This document shows, one piece after another, positions 39,591-52,989 of a stretch of 64,000 nt of DNA. Within the stretch, counting starts at the first letter, position 1, and each line of letters opens with the position of its first letter. Source of the stretch: Carcharhinus longimanus (Eukaryota); NCBI GenBank assembly GCA_030264375.1, contig JASCQW010000072.1, positions 65,992,855-66,056,854 of the forward strand, given 5' to 3'. Under the pieces are notes generated by a model, which saw nothing but the letters and a program-made list of their open reading frames with translations, did no database searches and was not told the DNA's origin. Made by a program: the position numbers and the translations under genes.

Positions 39591-41731
39591 GAACATAAGT
39601 AGCCACTGGGATGGCTGAGTGCTGAGATGGGATGGTCAGAAGGCTGGCCTTGGTTCTCTTGGATTTTGTATCCTCAAGCACACCCAGCATCACAATGGCC
39701 CCTTATAAACACATGCCAACTCATGCCCCCATCCAGCTGCTCATGGTCCTTTATGCCCCCTACATAGCCATTTATATCACCCATTCCAGCTCACCCAATA
39801 TCCACCATGGACAGACCTCAGGAGCCATGTGAAGATGAATTAAAATATAGTTCTATAAATCCAATGCAGTTCTCAGTACAAAGAATTAATAACAAAATAA
39901 AGTGCATTCAGGAAAGCCCATTTAACGCTCTTTATAAATTTCAAGTGTTTAACTCTTATAAAAAGAAATAAATTTCTATTTTTCCCTGACATAAAGATTG
40001 CTAATCCTTTAATAGGCTTTTTATCCTATCAATCAGACTGAGAACTCGGAACCTCACTGCTGAGATAACTGTTGCTTTTAGAAATCAGCCAAGCATTCAT
40101 AAAAGACCCCTTCGGGAAATGTCAAAAGGCAACTATTGAAACTGCTACAATAGATGTTACACTACCTGGTCTGTCAATTAACGCGATGCAGCAGTTCTTT
40201 TTAAACTGTCGCTGACATTCGGAGGCTGTTTATTTCCATATTTTAAAGGGCTGGGTATTTAAAATAATGTCAGATCACAACTATTAAACAGACATGCACC
40301 ACCCTTCAAGAGTGTTTATATCTATTGCATTAACTTGAAACTCGTAAACTGTGAATTAAGTCCTTCACAACAACAAAAATGTTGTCTGTTTGAACTCAGC
40401 ACTGGGTTCAAATAGCCCTGCTGAGTTCAGGTTTCCCTCATGTGTGAATCATATCCCGCTCCCTTTCCCCATCAGCACAAATGGAAGTACGACTTCTGTC
40501 CCTAGGTCCGGCCTACCTTTTGTGAAGGGCAGTGGAGCCTTCCCGATTCTGTAAAAATCCAAGCTTGAGACTGGGTTTCACAAGAGACCAATTCAAGTCA
40601 GATCAGCTCAGATATAAGACTGGTGCATTCAAAATCACCTTCAGATTGTCACCTGGACTACTGCTCTTTGTGTGTGATCTTCCTGAGAGAATAGTTTATC
40701 CATTTAATCACACCTCTCCCAATGAGTTTCAAGAAGATAAGGGGAGAGGTCATGGGGTGAAATTAGTGCTGGGCTGGACACGATTGATAGAATCACATCT
40801 GCCACCTGTTATTGGACATGTCAATATTCACTCTCAATGAGTTGGGCTGAATGTCAGACAAGCTATATGATCCATTCAAACCTGTCCATATTATGTCCTT
40901 ATTTCACCCATTGAGATTCAGAACTGAAACAAAACCTACACAGCCACGAAGAGTTTATCTGCCACACCCTACAAACAGTAGCATCAAAACTAATCTGGTA
41001 ACAATACGAGGAAGAGATTAGAGTTTATTTCATATCTGAGCAAGCTTTAAGTAAAGTGTTACTGGTTACTGGTGAAATCTGTGAAAAATGTCCCCACGTA
41101 TTGCTGCTGCTGAGTAAGCTGCCTTGTTAACATTCACACTGATGTCAAGTTGAGCTTATTTTCCAGATGGGGAAGCTTCAGCACATCTAACTTCAATAAC
41201 ATTTCAGGCTGTCTATTCATTGTCATAGTTTCACAACTCAGACGCCTCTCTGACAGCAACCTCCACAGCTGAAATATGGTGTGTGTCCATGCTGAGCTGA
41301 CAACATCAGGGACAAGTTACAGCTGGGATGTCCACTGGAAGAGGCAGTGGGATGATGATGGGGGGGGGGCGGTGGGATTGGGTGTGGGTGAGGCATACAG
41401 GCAGTGCAGATGTTACATTCACTGAGACATCGATGCATTTTTACTCCAATCAATTTGTAAGGTCAGCAGGACCGTCATTGTAATCAACAAGGCACACTAA
41501 ACAGTAGCCACAGTTTAAAAGATTGTTTGGCCCACAGCCAACTGATGCAGGAGCTTGCTTGTTATTTTGTTTAGGCGGTGTGCAGGGGAGGTGGGTGGGG
41601 GGGATAACTGTGGGTCATTCAATCACTGACNNNNNNNNNNNNNNNNNNNNNNNNNNNNNNNNNNNNNNNNNNNNNNNNNNTAAGGATAAAAGATAAGTCT
41701 GTGCAGAAGGAAGTTTTATGAAGCAACTTAC

Positions 41732-41869
41732 ACAAAACTTTTCCATATTAACCCCTACAGTGAAAATCTTGTTGCACTGTTGAAGACTCTTTGTGGAAAA
41801 CTGTGAGCGCAGTGCCTGGCCCTTCCCCAAGAGGAAAAAATCCACAGCAGTGTACAACCAACAATCTCT
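41732..41869 (-). CDS. Candidate coding exon (unidentified gene)
   Basis: ttattaaag|AGA...TGT|gtaagt; 138 nt open: RDCWLYTAVDFFLLGKGQALRSQFSTKSLQQCNKIFTVGVNMEKFC. Strong donor, weak acceptor. Confidence 0.3.
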
Positions 41870-42150
41870 CTTTAATAAGCAGATTATTGACAGGCAAAGT
41901 TACATAGAATGTACAGCACAGTAATAAACCATCTGACCCAACTATCAGCCACCTTCCACCTTCCATTATTTAACCCAGACATCGTCGTCTTCTTATCCTT
42001 CTTCTTCATGCATTTGTCTAACTTCCCCTTAAAAGAGGACTTCATACCCCTATTCTCAGCAAACATTCAACCCAGTGCTTTCAGCTAATGCCTTGGTACT
42101 TCCCCCCCAGCCCTGCAACTTGCTATATAGAAAGAGAGACAGGGCCGCAC

Positions 42151-42298
42151 CCGGCCCGAACAAAACGTTTATGACCCCAGTATGCATCGTGTCTCTTGGC
42201 ATGCAGGGTACGTACGTATGGGCCACAACTCAGTCTGCTTCTAAACTGCTTCCTGCTCCTTGCCACCTTTCTATGTGTTTGGTTCTGGAGTAGGCTTC
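42151..42298 (-). CDS. Candidate coding exon (unidentified gene); alternative donor at 42216
   Basis: ttgaaacag|GA AGC..., phase-1 start, open SLLQNQTHRKVARSRKQFRSRLSCGPY(|gtacgt)VRTLHAKRHDAYWGHKRFVRA|gtgcgg; CpG-retaining. Confidence 0.28.
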
Positions 42299-44246
42299 CT
42301 GTTTCAAACTCAGATTGATTTTTAGGTGGAGTTTCACAGAAAAGGGGAAATTAATATTTTGTATATATAAAGTGGCGTTTCTGGATTTTGTTCTAGGGAT
42401 GGAAGCTTTGATGAACAGGGGTTCAAGATTTCCCGCTACAGCCAAATTTTAAAAATAATTCATAAAATATCTGTGCATAATCCTGTCTCAGAGTCCAGCA
42501 ATGGATGTGGAATCATGGGAACAGGAAGAGACCATTCAGCCCCTTGAGCTTGTTCAATTGGACCATGGCTGGTCTGTACCTCAGTCCTATTTATCTGCTT
42601 GTAATGCTTATCCCTTGACATGCTTACCTAACTAAAATTGATCAACCATAGTCCTGACGTCTGCAATTATCCTGGGAATTAATAATTCTTCTATTTTCTG
42701 TGTAAAAAGTGGGATCATCTAGATACATCTTTTGTTTCTTTATTTTACCCATTACCTCTCTTTTTGACCTTTGTACCATAGAACTTTTTGTCACATAATC
42801 TCTCTTTCCCTCCACCCTATCATAAATTTTCTCTTTTGCCCTTCCTGCCTGTCTCCACCTTCCATTGACTTAATACCGATTACATTTCTACCTTTCTTCA
42901 GTTCTGCCGATCTACAACAGCTGCTGGTATCTGCAAGTGTCAGACCAAGTGACGCTGTTCTTACCCTTCTTCATGAGGCTGCACTGATTGGTGACAAATC
43001 CATTATCTGAAAACTTAAACGTGGAAGAGGATAGTTGAAGGTGAATGGAAGTGGGCAGGATGGAAAACAAAGAGCCAGTGGTCACACCAACTGGAGGTTT
43101 CCCTCCAACCCATGTAGCAGGGTGAGGATGAGGTGGTATTTCAGGAGGAGCCATAGAAAAATACCATCACCNNNNNNNNNNNNNNNNNNNNNNNNNNNNN
43201 NNNNNNNNNNNNNNNNNNNNNNNNNNNNNNNNNNNNNNNNNNNNNNNNNNNNNNNNNNNNNNNNNNNNNNNCATCACCTGAATATTCTTGGCTCAGCTAT
43301 AGCAAAGAGAAGTGAGTGTGTATATGGTAACTTTGCACGAGAATTCCTGGTACCACGGATACGGGACTTCAGTCACATAGAGAGGCTGGAGGAGCTAGAA
43401 TTCTCACCAGAGTGCACAAGGTTCAGGGAGATTTGCGTGAAGGGTAAAAAATCATGAAGGAGTTTGATGGAATAACAAAAGAGAATGGTTTCAAGTGAGA
43501 GAAAGACTGATAACCAGGGAACACCGATTCAAGGCAATTGGTAAAATAATCAGAGAAGATATGAGGAAAACATTTTGTTTAATGCACTGAGAAGCTTGAT
43601 CTGGAATTGTCTAGCTGCCTGATTGCAGAGTTGGGGAAGGGAGGAGGGAAGGGGTTGGGAAAGGAGATTCAATAATAACTTTCAAAGTGAATTGGTAAAT
43701 AGTGAAGGTCAGAAGAGTTTATGGGATAATGGAGAAAGAGCAATGGATTGGGATTAATTGGATATTCTGAGCCAGCATAGGCCAAATAGGCTGAATAGCC
43801 TCCTTCTGGGTTATATCATTCTATAAACTGAGAGAAATGTACAATTGACTTGGCAAAATCTAAGGGGATGTGTAGATGGAGTTCAGTGGGTGGATGATGC
43901 ATCAAGAAGGGTTTGTTTACACAGGAAGCACATATCTATAAGTGAGTTCTTCATTGAAAGCATGGCCAGGAGATGATTGATAAAGTGGGAGGTGAGCTAG
44001 AAACCTCCTTTGAACTGGAGTGAGTCCAAATCTAGCATTTAAACTCCAATTTGTACACTGAGTGGACAGTACCTGCTGTCCACTGCTGTGTGAAACAATC
44101 ATTCCCCAAGATTAACGTGGCCAAGTTATTTGTATACTTTGTCAGTTGTGTGAGATTTGTAATTTCATCAAGGCCGGCGGATTAAAGCTCACTTCAAAAG
44201 AACATCAAAGGACAATGTGCGATGCAGATTAGTGGGGCTGCCTAAC

Positions 44247-44426
44247 CATTTTCCCCCGGGTCCTTGAGGGAGATTAATAAGCGCCCAGTGTTGTTCAGGA
44301 GGTGGAGGGTGGAAATGTTTCTCACGCTGGTTTCTGAGAGCTTTTCATAGAAATAACACTCCGGTCGTGTCTTCATTATAAGTCTGACAGTTTTAATAAA
44401 ATCTTTCCTCGCATGAAGAAAGAATT
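44247..44426 (-). CDS. Candidate coding exon, phase 1-1, 180 nt (unidentified gene)
   Basis: cccttcatttacag|AA...AAT G|gttagg; only the phase-1 frame is open: EFFLHARKDFIKTVRLIMKTRPECYFYEKLSETSVRNISTLHLLNNTGRLLISLKDPGEN; non-repeat, CpG-retaining. Confidence 0.38.
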
Positions 44427-46319
44427 CTGTAAATGAAGGGAACGTTTTGTTGGAGGTTATCCAACACGAATGCAGCAGTGACATTTTACTGTGTGTTCTA
44501 TCTGATATCTTTGCTTCTGCATATTTGATTTAAGGGCAAATAAATTCTGTCATAATCCAATTCCACACGGCTAATCTGCATGTATTATCCTGTCAGCTGC
44601 AGTGATTCAATAATAAGTACAGTAAAGAATATAGTTTAACTTTGCTGCAATAGGAATTACCTGTTTGACACATTGGGCAGGGGAGATTCTGTATGCCTCT
44701 AAAAATGACTCCTGGGACTCACTCCAGGATTTCCAAACCCCTTCCCTGGGTTTCTGATTTTTAACGGTGCAGGCTGATTCAGGCCATGCCCTGTACTCCT
44801 GTTCAGGCCATTGGGGGAAAAGAATGTTCTAGTTCTCCCCAACGTTCTTGGAGCCAGGTTTTTAAAGGTTTCACACGCCTTCAGAGTTGTTGTCAACCAT
44901 CGTCCATGTGACAATAAATTTTGAATGTCAGATCAAAATGTCATCCTCATGCCTGCACCCCTCCTGTATCCAATCCCTAGAGACCTTCATACTCTCTGCC
45001 CAGGTATGTCCCTCATTCCCCCATGCCTAGGTATGCCCCCACCCACCTTTCTACGATCTTTCATCTCCCATGCCAAGATATTAACCCCATCTCCCCCGAT
45101 AGACACTCATGCACTCGTCCCCCATGTCCATCCCCCCATACACTGCATGGAAGTAATTAACCTTGCAGTGACAATAGGATTTTTAAAAATATAAAATACC
45201 AGTTATTATTCATAACTTTCCACTTTTCTCAATAGAAATTCTTTTTAACTGCAGAACAATAAAATTGTGAATCATCCAGCCCTTTCGAAGTGCAGGAAAT
45301 TAAGCACTTTAACCCTTTTTATCCTGTGTAAATAAACAATGTGCAGTTGACAGTAGATCAGAGAGCCAGACCTATCAATCAAGCATTGTTTTCCATAGGA
45401 CACTGTTGTTTTGAGTGTTTGACATGGAAAGGGGTCAGTGGGGGTGGGGGGCGAGTGGTGGTGGTATGAATAATTCTGGGGACTAATTGAGGGTCATGAG
45501 GTGGCACATGGATGGGCCTGGGGAGTGTGTAGAGGTGAGAGGATGTCAGGGAAGAGGGGCTAGGGAGGCTTTCTGTTCTTATTATAATTGGGATGAAGTC
45601 CCACAGCACTGGGGTGAGTCTTTTAAAGAGTCTGCCTCTTTCCCCAGCAGCCCCTGTGGCTACCTCTGACCTTTCTCCTTAGCTGCCTTGGCCAACTACA
45701 GCCCACTCTTGACCCTCCGTACTGCTTGCAATGAAAATCCCCTCCTTGTGGATGCTTTCTCCTGAGGGAAGCAAGTTGAGCTGGCAATTCCTTTCTGATC
45801 ATGAGACAAATAGGTTTTGTCACAGGGCATCCAAATGAACCATTAAGAAAGAGAATACAGCACTTAGGAAACCAGAAAGGTGTGACACACCTGCAATCTG
45901 CTCAAAATAAACAGAGGTCCATTGTTCGTTCTCTCATGATCATCAGCCTGCGTTTGGATCATCCCAACTATTATCCCAATGTTGCAATGGTCAGGCTGAG
46001 AACGCAACAACATCTTTAAGTTTCCTTACATACTTCTTTTAAAATGTTCGTGGTGATTAGATCCTGGAGATTTTCCTGTTTGAAGTCCCAATCTTTTCCT
46101 CATTACTATTATGAAATTTGGACAAACATTATAATAGTCCTCCTCTATCAGTCTTTCTGGTTTTGTCCCCCTTCTCAATTGTAAATTCAAAGTATTCATT
46201 TCAATTGTTTGCAATTTCTTTATTGTTGATTCTAGTATCACCCATGTCCATTGTTAAAGGGTCCACATGCTCCCATTCCCAGTGTCTGGAGATTACTTTG
46301 CCAAAAGAAGGAAAACATG

Positions 46320-46635
46320 GAGTGAGACAGTGGTTAGCACTGCTGCCTCACAGTGCCAGGGACCTGGGTTCAATTCTGACCTCAGGTGAATGTCAGTATG
46401 GAGTTTGCGCATCCTCCCCATGTCTGGAAGAGTTTCTTTCGGGTGCTCTGGCTTCCTCCCACAGTCCAAAGATTTGTAGGTTAGATTGATTATGCTAAAT
46501 TGCCCCTTAGTGCCAGGAGAATTCAGACGGTAAATATATGGGGTTACAGGGATAGAGTCTGGGTGGGATTGCTGTTGGTGCAGACTTGATGGGCTGAATG
46601 TCCTCCTTCTGCACTGTAGGGATTCTACGATTCTC
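46320..46635 (+). mobile_element. HE1-like SINE
   Basis: cagtggttagcactgctgcctcacagtgccagggacctgggttcaattc ... ccttctgcactgtagggattcta. Confidence 0.9.
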
Positions 46636-46795
46636 CTTTTTGTGAAAACAGGTCGTAGTTGGTGCTATGCTAATTAGAGACACCTACCAAAGTCAGACTC
46701 GTCCCCTGCCTCCCTGTCAGTGACATCTTGCTACTCATCAACAACATTTCCACACAGCTGACTAACCAGCAGTAAGAATGTTGACATATCCTGAC

Positions 46796-46892
46796 CTATT
46801 ACAAAGATTATAGTCAGACAAAACAGCAGTAAGATCTCACCCAAAATCCCCATCCTCTGCTGTATATAATCATTCTCACCCCTGTCAGCCAT
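46796..46892 (-). CDS. Candidate first coding exon with hydrophobic signal/anchor segment
   Basis: MADRGENDYIQQRMGILGEILLLFCLTIIFVI + G|gtcagg (phase 1, compatible with the 44426 exon). Internal gtgaga donors look stronger, which weakens the model. Confidence 0.22.
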
Positions 46893-47397
46893 TCCTTTAG
46901 AATGATGGATAATATACACTGCCTGAAATGCTAAAGGTGAACCAATTGTTTCAAAGAAACAAATTTTGCTGGGTATGACTGACAAATTGTCCTATTCAGA
47001 AAAAGTAAAAGCCTGCTTGAAAGTATGATTTTAGTGCACCCGTTTCAGGAAACCTAATTCTGCTGTGATTTAAAACATTCCATTGAGGATTTGGAGTGGG
47101 CTGGCTGACATAACCTATTTGGCTTGTAGAAGGTTCAGCTGGTTGAGGTAGAGGGAGCACAGATTCTTGAATGTGGCACTGGTAGCCCTACTGAAGGAGG
47201 TTGGGTGAGAAAATGCCCTATACCCACAGGGGGGCGGTCTGGTTGGAGTCTACCTCACCTTTTCTCTCCTCCAGCAGCTGGTGCTGCTCTATCTGGCCTT
47301 ATATGTTGCAGACTGAATACACCCTCAAGAAGCAGATGACCAAAGACTCCCCTTCTCCCAGTGACTCTTAAGGTGCCTAGTAAAATGGGTGATCTCA

Positions 47398-47705
47398 GAA
47401 TCATAGAACCCTACAGTGCAGAAGTAGGCCACTCAGCCCATTAAGTCTGCATTGGACACAATCTCACCCAGACCCTCTTACCATAACCCCATATATTTAC
47501 CCTGCTAACCCTCCCGACACTAGGGTCAATTTTTCATGGCCAATCAACCTAACCCACACATCTTTGGAGTGTGGGAGGAAACTGGAGCACCCAGAGGAAA
47601 CACATGCAGACACAAGAGAACTTGCAAACGCCACACAATAGTGACCTAAGGCCGAAATTGAACTCCTTGATGCTCTGAGGCAGCAGTGCTAACCACTGTA
47701 CTGCC
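47398..47705 (-). mobile_element. HE1-like SINE
   Basis: Reverse complement of the 9858 SINE. Confidence 0.9.
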
Positions 47706-50700
47706 CTCCTCAGGAAACTCCTCAGGAAATTTCTGGAATAAATATTTGTGGGTGTTAGTGAAACCTTGACATAGTGTCCCAGAAAATCTTTTGAAGTGTC
47801 TCAAAATGGTGTTAAACTCTTAAGTAGAATTCAAAGTCCTCAGCAATGATTTACTTACTCTAAACCATTACTTTAGTTGGTCAACTGATTACACACCAGT
47901 CAATGTGAGGGGACAATTTAATTTTCAATCATCTCCTAAATAATCCTGACTGGCCAACAATTTCTTTAATAAATGGTATCTTGTATGAAACACAAGTTGA
48001 AGCTTTACACATTGATGCCTTGTGTCTGGGAAAAATTGTCTTCTCTCTCAATGTATTTGTTAAATTTGTTAACAACTTTAACAAGTTGTTAAAGCTTGTG
48101 AGAGCTTTAACAACTCTCACAAGCTGTTATTTTCAGCTTTCTTTTTTTGGCAAGTCCAAATTTTCTTTGCATCCCTTTGTGACTTTCCCAGTTTGCTGCG
48201 TTTCCACTTCTCTTTGCATTTGTCAAGCATTTCCTTTCTGCTTTATATTAGCTCTTGCCTTATTTGTTGACTTTTGTTTAACCAGACCAAAAAAAGCTTT
48301 GTCTTTTTAGAAGTGTGCCTTGAATTGTACCACATAATTACCCTCCTCTGTAAGAGCTCAGTCCCATTTACTGAAGTTAATTAATCTCTTCCCTTTAACT
48401 TTTGTCTTCAGTGTAAAACATTTCTTTGGGGCCCTCACACCTTGGAGTTGCTGCCCATCTTATTGGTTGACTGTTCTGTAGTCCTGCTTTGCCAATGATA
48501 ATACAGCTGGCAACTGCTGGGACTATGGGCAGTCCTGCCAGCTCAAGGGATCCAGGTAAGTTTGAGGTTAGNNNNNNNNNNNNNNNNNNNNNNNNNNNNN
48601 NNNNNNNNNNNNNNNNNNNNNNNNNNNNNNNNNNNNNNNNNNNNNNNNNNNNNNNNNNNNNNNNNNNNNNNNNNNNNNNNNNNNNNNNNNNNNNNNNNNN
48701 NNNNNNNNNNNNNNNNNNNNNNNNNNNNNNNNNNNNNNNNNNNNNNNNNNNNNNNNNNNNNNNNNNNNNNNNNNNNNNNNNNNNNNNNNNNNNNNNNNNN
48801 NNNNNNNNNNNNNNNNNNNNNNNNNNNNNNNNNNNNNNNNNNNNNNNNNNNNNNNNNNNNNNNNNNNNNNNNNNNNNNNNNNNNNNNNNNNNNNNNNNNN
48901 NNNNNNNNNNNNNNNNNNNNNNNNNNNNNNNNNNNNNNNNNNNNNNGTAGGGTTCAAGTGGCAAGGGGAGAGTTGCCTCCAGTAGAGGCAGGGAAACAGC
49001 AAAGGACACTTCCCACCCCTATTGAGTAAAGTGCCAATGGTGCCTTAAGTAGCCATTAATTGGGTACTTAAGTGTCTCAATAGTCCCAAGGGAAGGTGAA
49101 ACATGCTGCAACCTTCCCTTCCCCATCCCCATTAAGCTTTGGACTGACTGAGGCAGATGAATAAGTGGTGGGAAGAATGCTCCCCACCACATTCAAAAAT
49201 ATCAGTGGGGCAATATAAAACCCACCCCATCATTCTATGCTGTAACCATTCAGCCCATCATGTCTCTACCAGCTCAATGCAAGAACGATTCACCTAGTTC
49301 CACTCCCCTGTCTTTATTCCATAAATCGAGGTATCCCAAAGCATTCTACAGCTTGGAGTTGATGGTGACAGATGGCCATTGGAGTTGATGGTGAGGATGT
49401 GTGTATAATGATGGGATGATTCTGGAGTGGCAAGTGTAGTGGGGAGTGTTGGAGCTGAGCTTGGTAGGGGAGGGGCCAAGGGTACAAGAGGCCTGGACTT
49501 TACTCGTGAGAAAGAAGGCTTCCGTTCCTTCTGGTTGCACTGAAGAAAGTTTTACAATTTACCTCAACAAAGCCCACTGGCTTCCCACTAGTTTTATTTA
49601 ACATGACATGCAGGACCACCTCCCCACTCCAGAGCAGGTCAAAATGCCATTGGAGGCCCATGTACTTTACTAAGGAGGTCTGAAAGACACTTTCTTCACT
49701 ACCAACATCAATGGTGTTAAAATTGTGAATTGGTGAGAACTGAGCAGAAAATTGAAATCATCTATTTTTAACTGCTTCTCTAGAATCATTTCATTATTTA
49801 GGGGTGGAGGGGAGTGTTATAATTCTCCCCTCATTCCCCAGTTGTACCTGTGATGGGATGATATTTACATATTAATGGATAAATGGATTTAAACTTAATC
49901 TGAGGCTCTTGAGGTTCCAATTTATTGGAACTACTGGGGTCAAAAGGTTAGGTGCTCTCCAAGACAATTGCATAGAATTGCGCAGAACATATTGCACTCA
50001 TATAACGTTTTCACCCCAAATGCTCTATCCTTGCATTTATCCTCTTCCAAAGTTTAATCATAATTCCATTTTAATTGGCCAGAAAATGGCAAATGTGAAA
50101 AACAGAAATTTCACAAATAAAATTGACCTCTATTCGACAAAGAGATATGAAAATAAATGAATAATGGCAGACAACAGAACATCAGTTCTCTCTATAGCTC
50201 ATCAATCAAACCATCATGTGGTTTAATAAACTGTAGACACAGCTAATTAAAGAGAATGAATGGTACCTGTAGTACTCAGTGGTTTGTTTAATCTGTGTTT
50301 GAATATGCTAACCCAGTAACTGACCCTTATATTATGGATGGAGCCAGTGAGTTAAGTACTGTGAGTGCTCCAGAAAAGATCTGGACTTTAAAATGTAAAT
50401 ATGAGTGTGTTTCATGAAACATTTGAAAGTAGTACTTGCCATATCCCACTCTGCACATAAACCACAGCACGGGGGAGNNNNNNNNNNNNNNNNNNNNNNN
50501 NNNNNNNNNNNNNNNNNNNNNNNNNNNNNNNNNNNNNNNNNNNNNNNNNNNNNNNNNNNNNNNNNNNNNNNNNNNNNGGGCGGGGAGCGGGGGGTGCGGG
50601 GGAAGAGAAAATGAGACTTACAGCATAAGAAGAATATGACATTGCATCAGGTCCAGCGGCCAAGGCCAATGAGGAATCCTTTCACAAAGCCAAGCCAATT

Positions 50701-51099
50701 CAGTTGACTGAAGACCAAAGTTGTCTGACTTGCTTTTCAGTTGATGCTGATTCCACAAGATGAAGTAGCTATGCATGGTTGGAGTCAGTTTTGAAGATGG
50801 TGGGATGAAATCTTCCAGCAAAATCTGGTTAGATGGCCATGGTTTTTGCCTGGAAGAGCATGCTTCTTTGTGGCCCACCAGTTACATGTTAAAACAGCAG
50901 AGTGGCTGCGAATCCCAAAAATGTAACGTTAAAACTGGCCAAACGGCTAGAGGCTTGTATCATGTGACATGGCTTATCAATTATTAACAGTTACCATTAA
51001 TGGTGGGCAGGCCAGCTTGTGGGTTACTCACTCTATTATTCCCAGCCTCTTCCCTACTCTTGTACCCACAGTATTCATATGGGTGCTCCGATTAAGTAT

Positions 51100-52010
51100 C
51101 TGTTCAGCGGTATGCCCAAGATGATGATAAAAGATAGTTGCGGATTCAGCATGGATCATGCTGTTGGCTGCCAAGGGGTGAAGGTTGGATTCTGCCTTGT
51201 TGGACATGGTCATTGCTTGGCACTTGTGTGGCATGAATATTATTTCTCACTTATCAGCCTTAGCCTGAATGTTGTCCAGGTGTTGCTGCATGCAGGCCTA
51301 TACTGCTTCAGTATCCGGGGACTGTTGAATGGTACTGAAGGCAGCTCTATCATGAGTGTGCCTTCTGACCTTGTGGTGGAGGGAAAGTCAGTGTTGAAAC
51401 AGCTGAAAATTGTTGGGCCTGGGACGCTAGCCTGAGGATCTCCTGGAGCTGAGATAACTGACGTCCAACAACTGCAACTATCTTCCTCTGTGTTGGGAAT
51501 GATTTCAACCAGCTATGGTTTCCACCTGATTTCTATTAATTCCAGTTTTGCTAGGGCTCCTTGATGTCATATTCGGCCAAATGTTGCCTTGATGTAAAGG
51601 CAGTTACTTACACCTCAGACATTCAGCTCTTTTGTCCGCGTTTGAACTAAGGCTGTAATGAGCTGAGTGACCCAGGTGAAACCCAAACTGAGCATCTGTG
51701 AGCTGGTTATTGCTGAGTAAGTGCTGCTCGATTTTCGCTGATGACTAAGAGTAGACTGATGGGGCAGTAATTAGTTGGATTGGATTTTCCGATCTTGCCT
51801 TTTATGCACAGAACACACATGGGCAAATTTCCACATTGTCAGCTTGGTACTAGTGTTGTAACTGTACTGGAACAGCTTGGGGCACAAGTCTTCAGCACCA
51901 CAGCTAGGATGCTATCAAGCTGCAATACTTTATTGTATCCCACATATTCAGCTATTTCTTGGAATGAATTGAATTGGTTGAAGCATCTGTGATATTGGGC
52001 ACCTCAGGAG
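51100..52010 (-). mobile_element. CR1-like LINE (family B) RT fragment
   Basis: Minus ORF MPHKCQAMTMSNKAESNLHPL; homologous to 32900-33440 in reverse. Confidence 0.78.
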
Positions 52011-52989
52011 AAGCTTTCAGTAACTATCTTTTTTAGTTGCTTGTTTAGTACAGAGGTGATCTCGTATTATCTCCTCTCTCATGGGCATGTTACTTTACTG
52101 AGCACAAGGAAAGCCCTGTATTGATCAACATGCTTTTTGTTTCCTCAAGCTATCGGCATTGTCTGAGAGCATTCCAAGGTCTGAACACTTGAGTCCACGC
52201 ATCCAGTTCTCAATGTCCTGCTCCGAGAATTCGAGTAAAGGACAAAGATCAAGGGTCCTTTCAGCGTCACATTGTTGTCTCCTTCTTGTGTACTACAAAT
52301 GCTTTTGAATTTGGATGATCTCCCGATGCCACCAAATATCTTTCTTTATTGTCTGGATTGAGTTGAACGTTAGTCCATTCCTGGCACATCACTACTTATC
52401 CTGCATTCAAATTGCTGCACAAGCCTTCCTCTTTATTTGAGCCCATTAGACTAGAATCACAACTAATCGTTCTGCAGTTATACATTCTAACTGTATACCA
52501 GCCAGGAATCATTGTTAAATAAGGGAGGTTTCAGTTTCTTCCTGCAATTCGCATTAAATTCTGGTGTAAAGGAGTCTGACTGTGTCCAAGAAAATGGTTA
52601 ATGATTCTAAAGGGATCTGACACCATTCAAAGGAACAGAGGCCAGTCAATTGTAACAATAGTGTGTTATTGGCCGATACTGTTCTCAGTACTGCCTGGAC
52701 TTATTCTGATGCCATTTACACTGTTGATAACAGTTTTTTCTCATTTGTGTGAATGCTTGCACTGCACTTTTCACTTTGCTAATCGCCTACACTTCAGGAA
52801 ACATTAAGTTCCCTCTGTCAGACTGTACATTCTTCTTGCTAATTAACAGGAATGTTTATCGCCTACTCTTACATTATAAATAATTTACGTTTGGAAAGAT
52901 TAGAATAAAGATCAAAGCCATTCATATTATACTTCAGTTATTTTTCTCTGATGATGGATCTATGAAAATGATTCCTACTACAACTGCAA

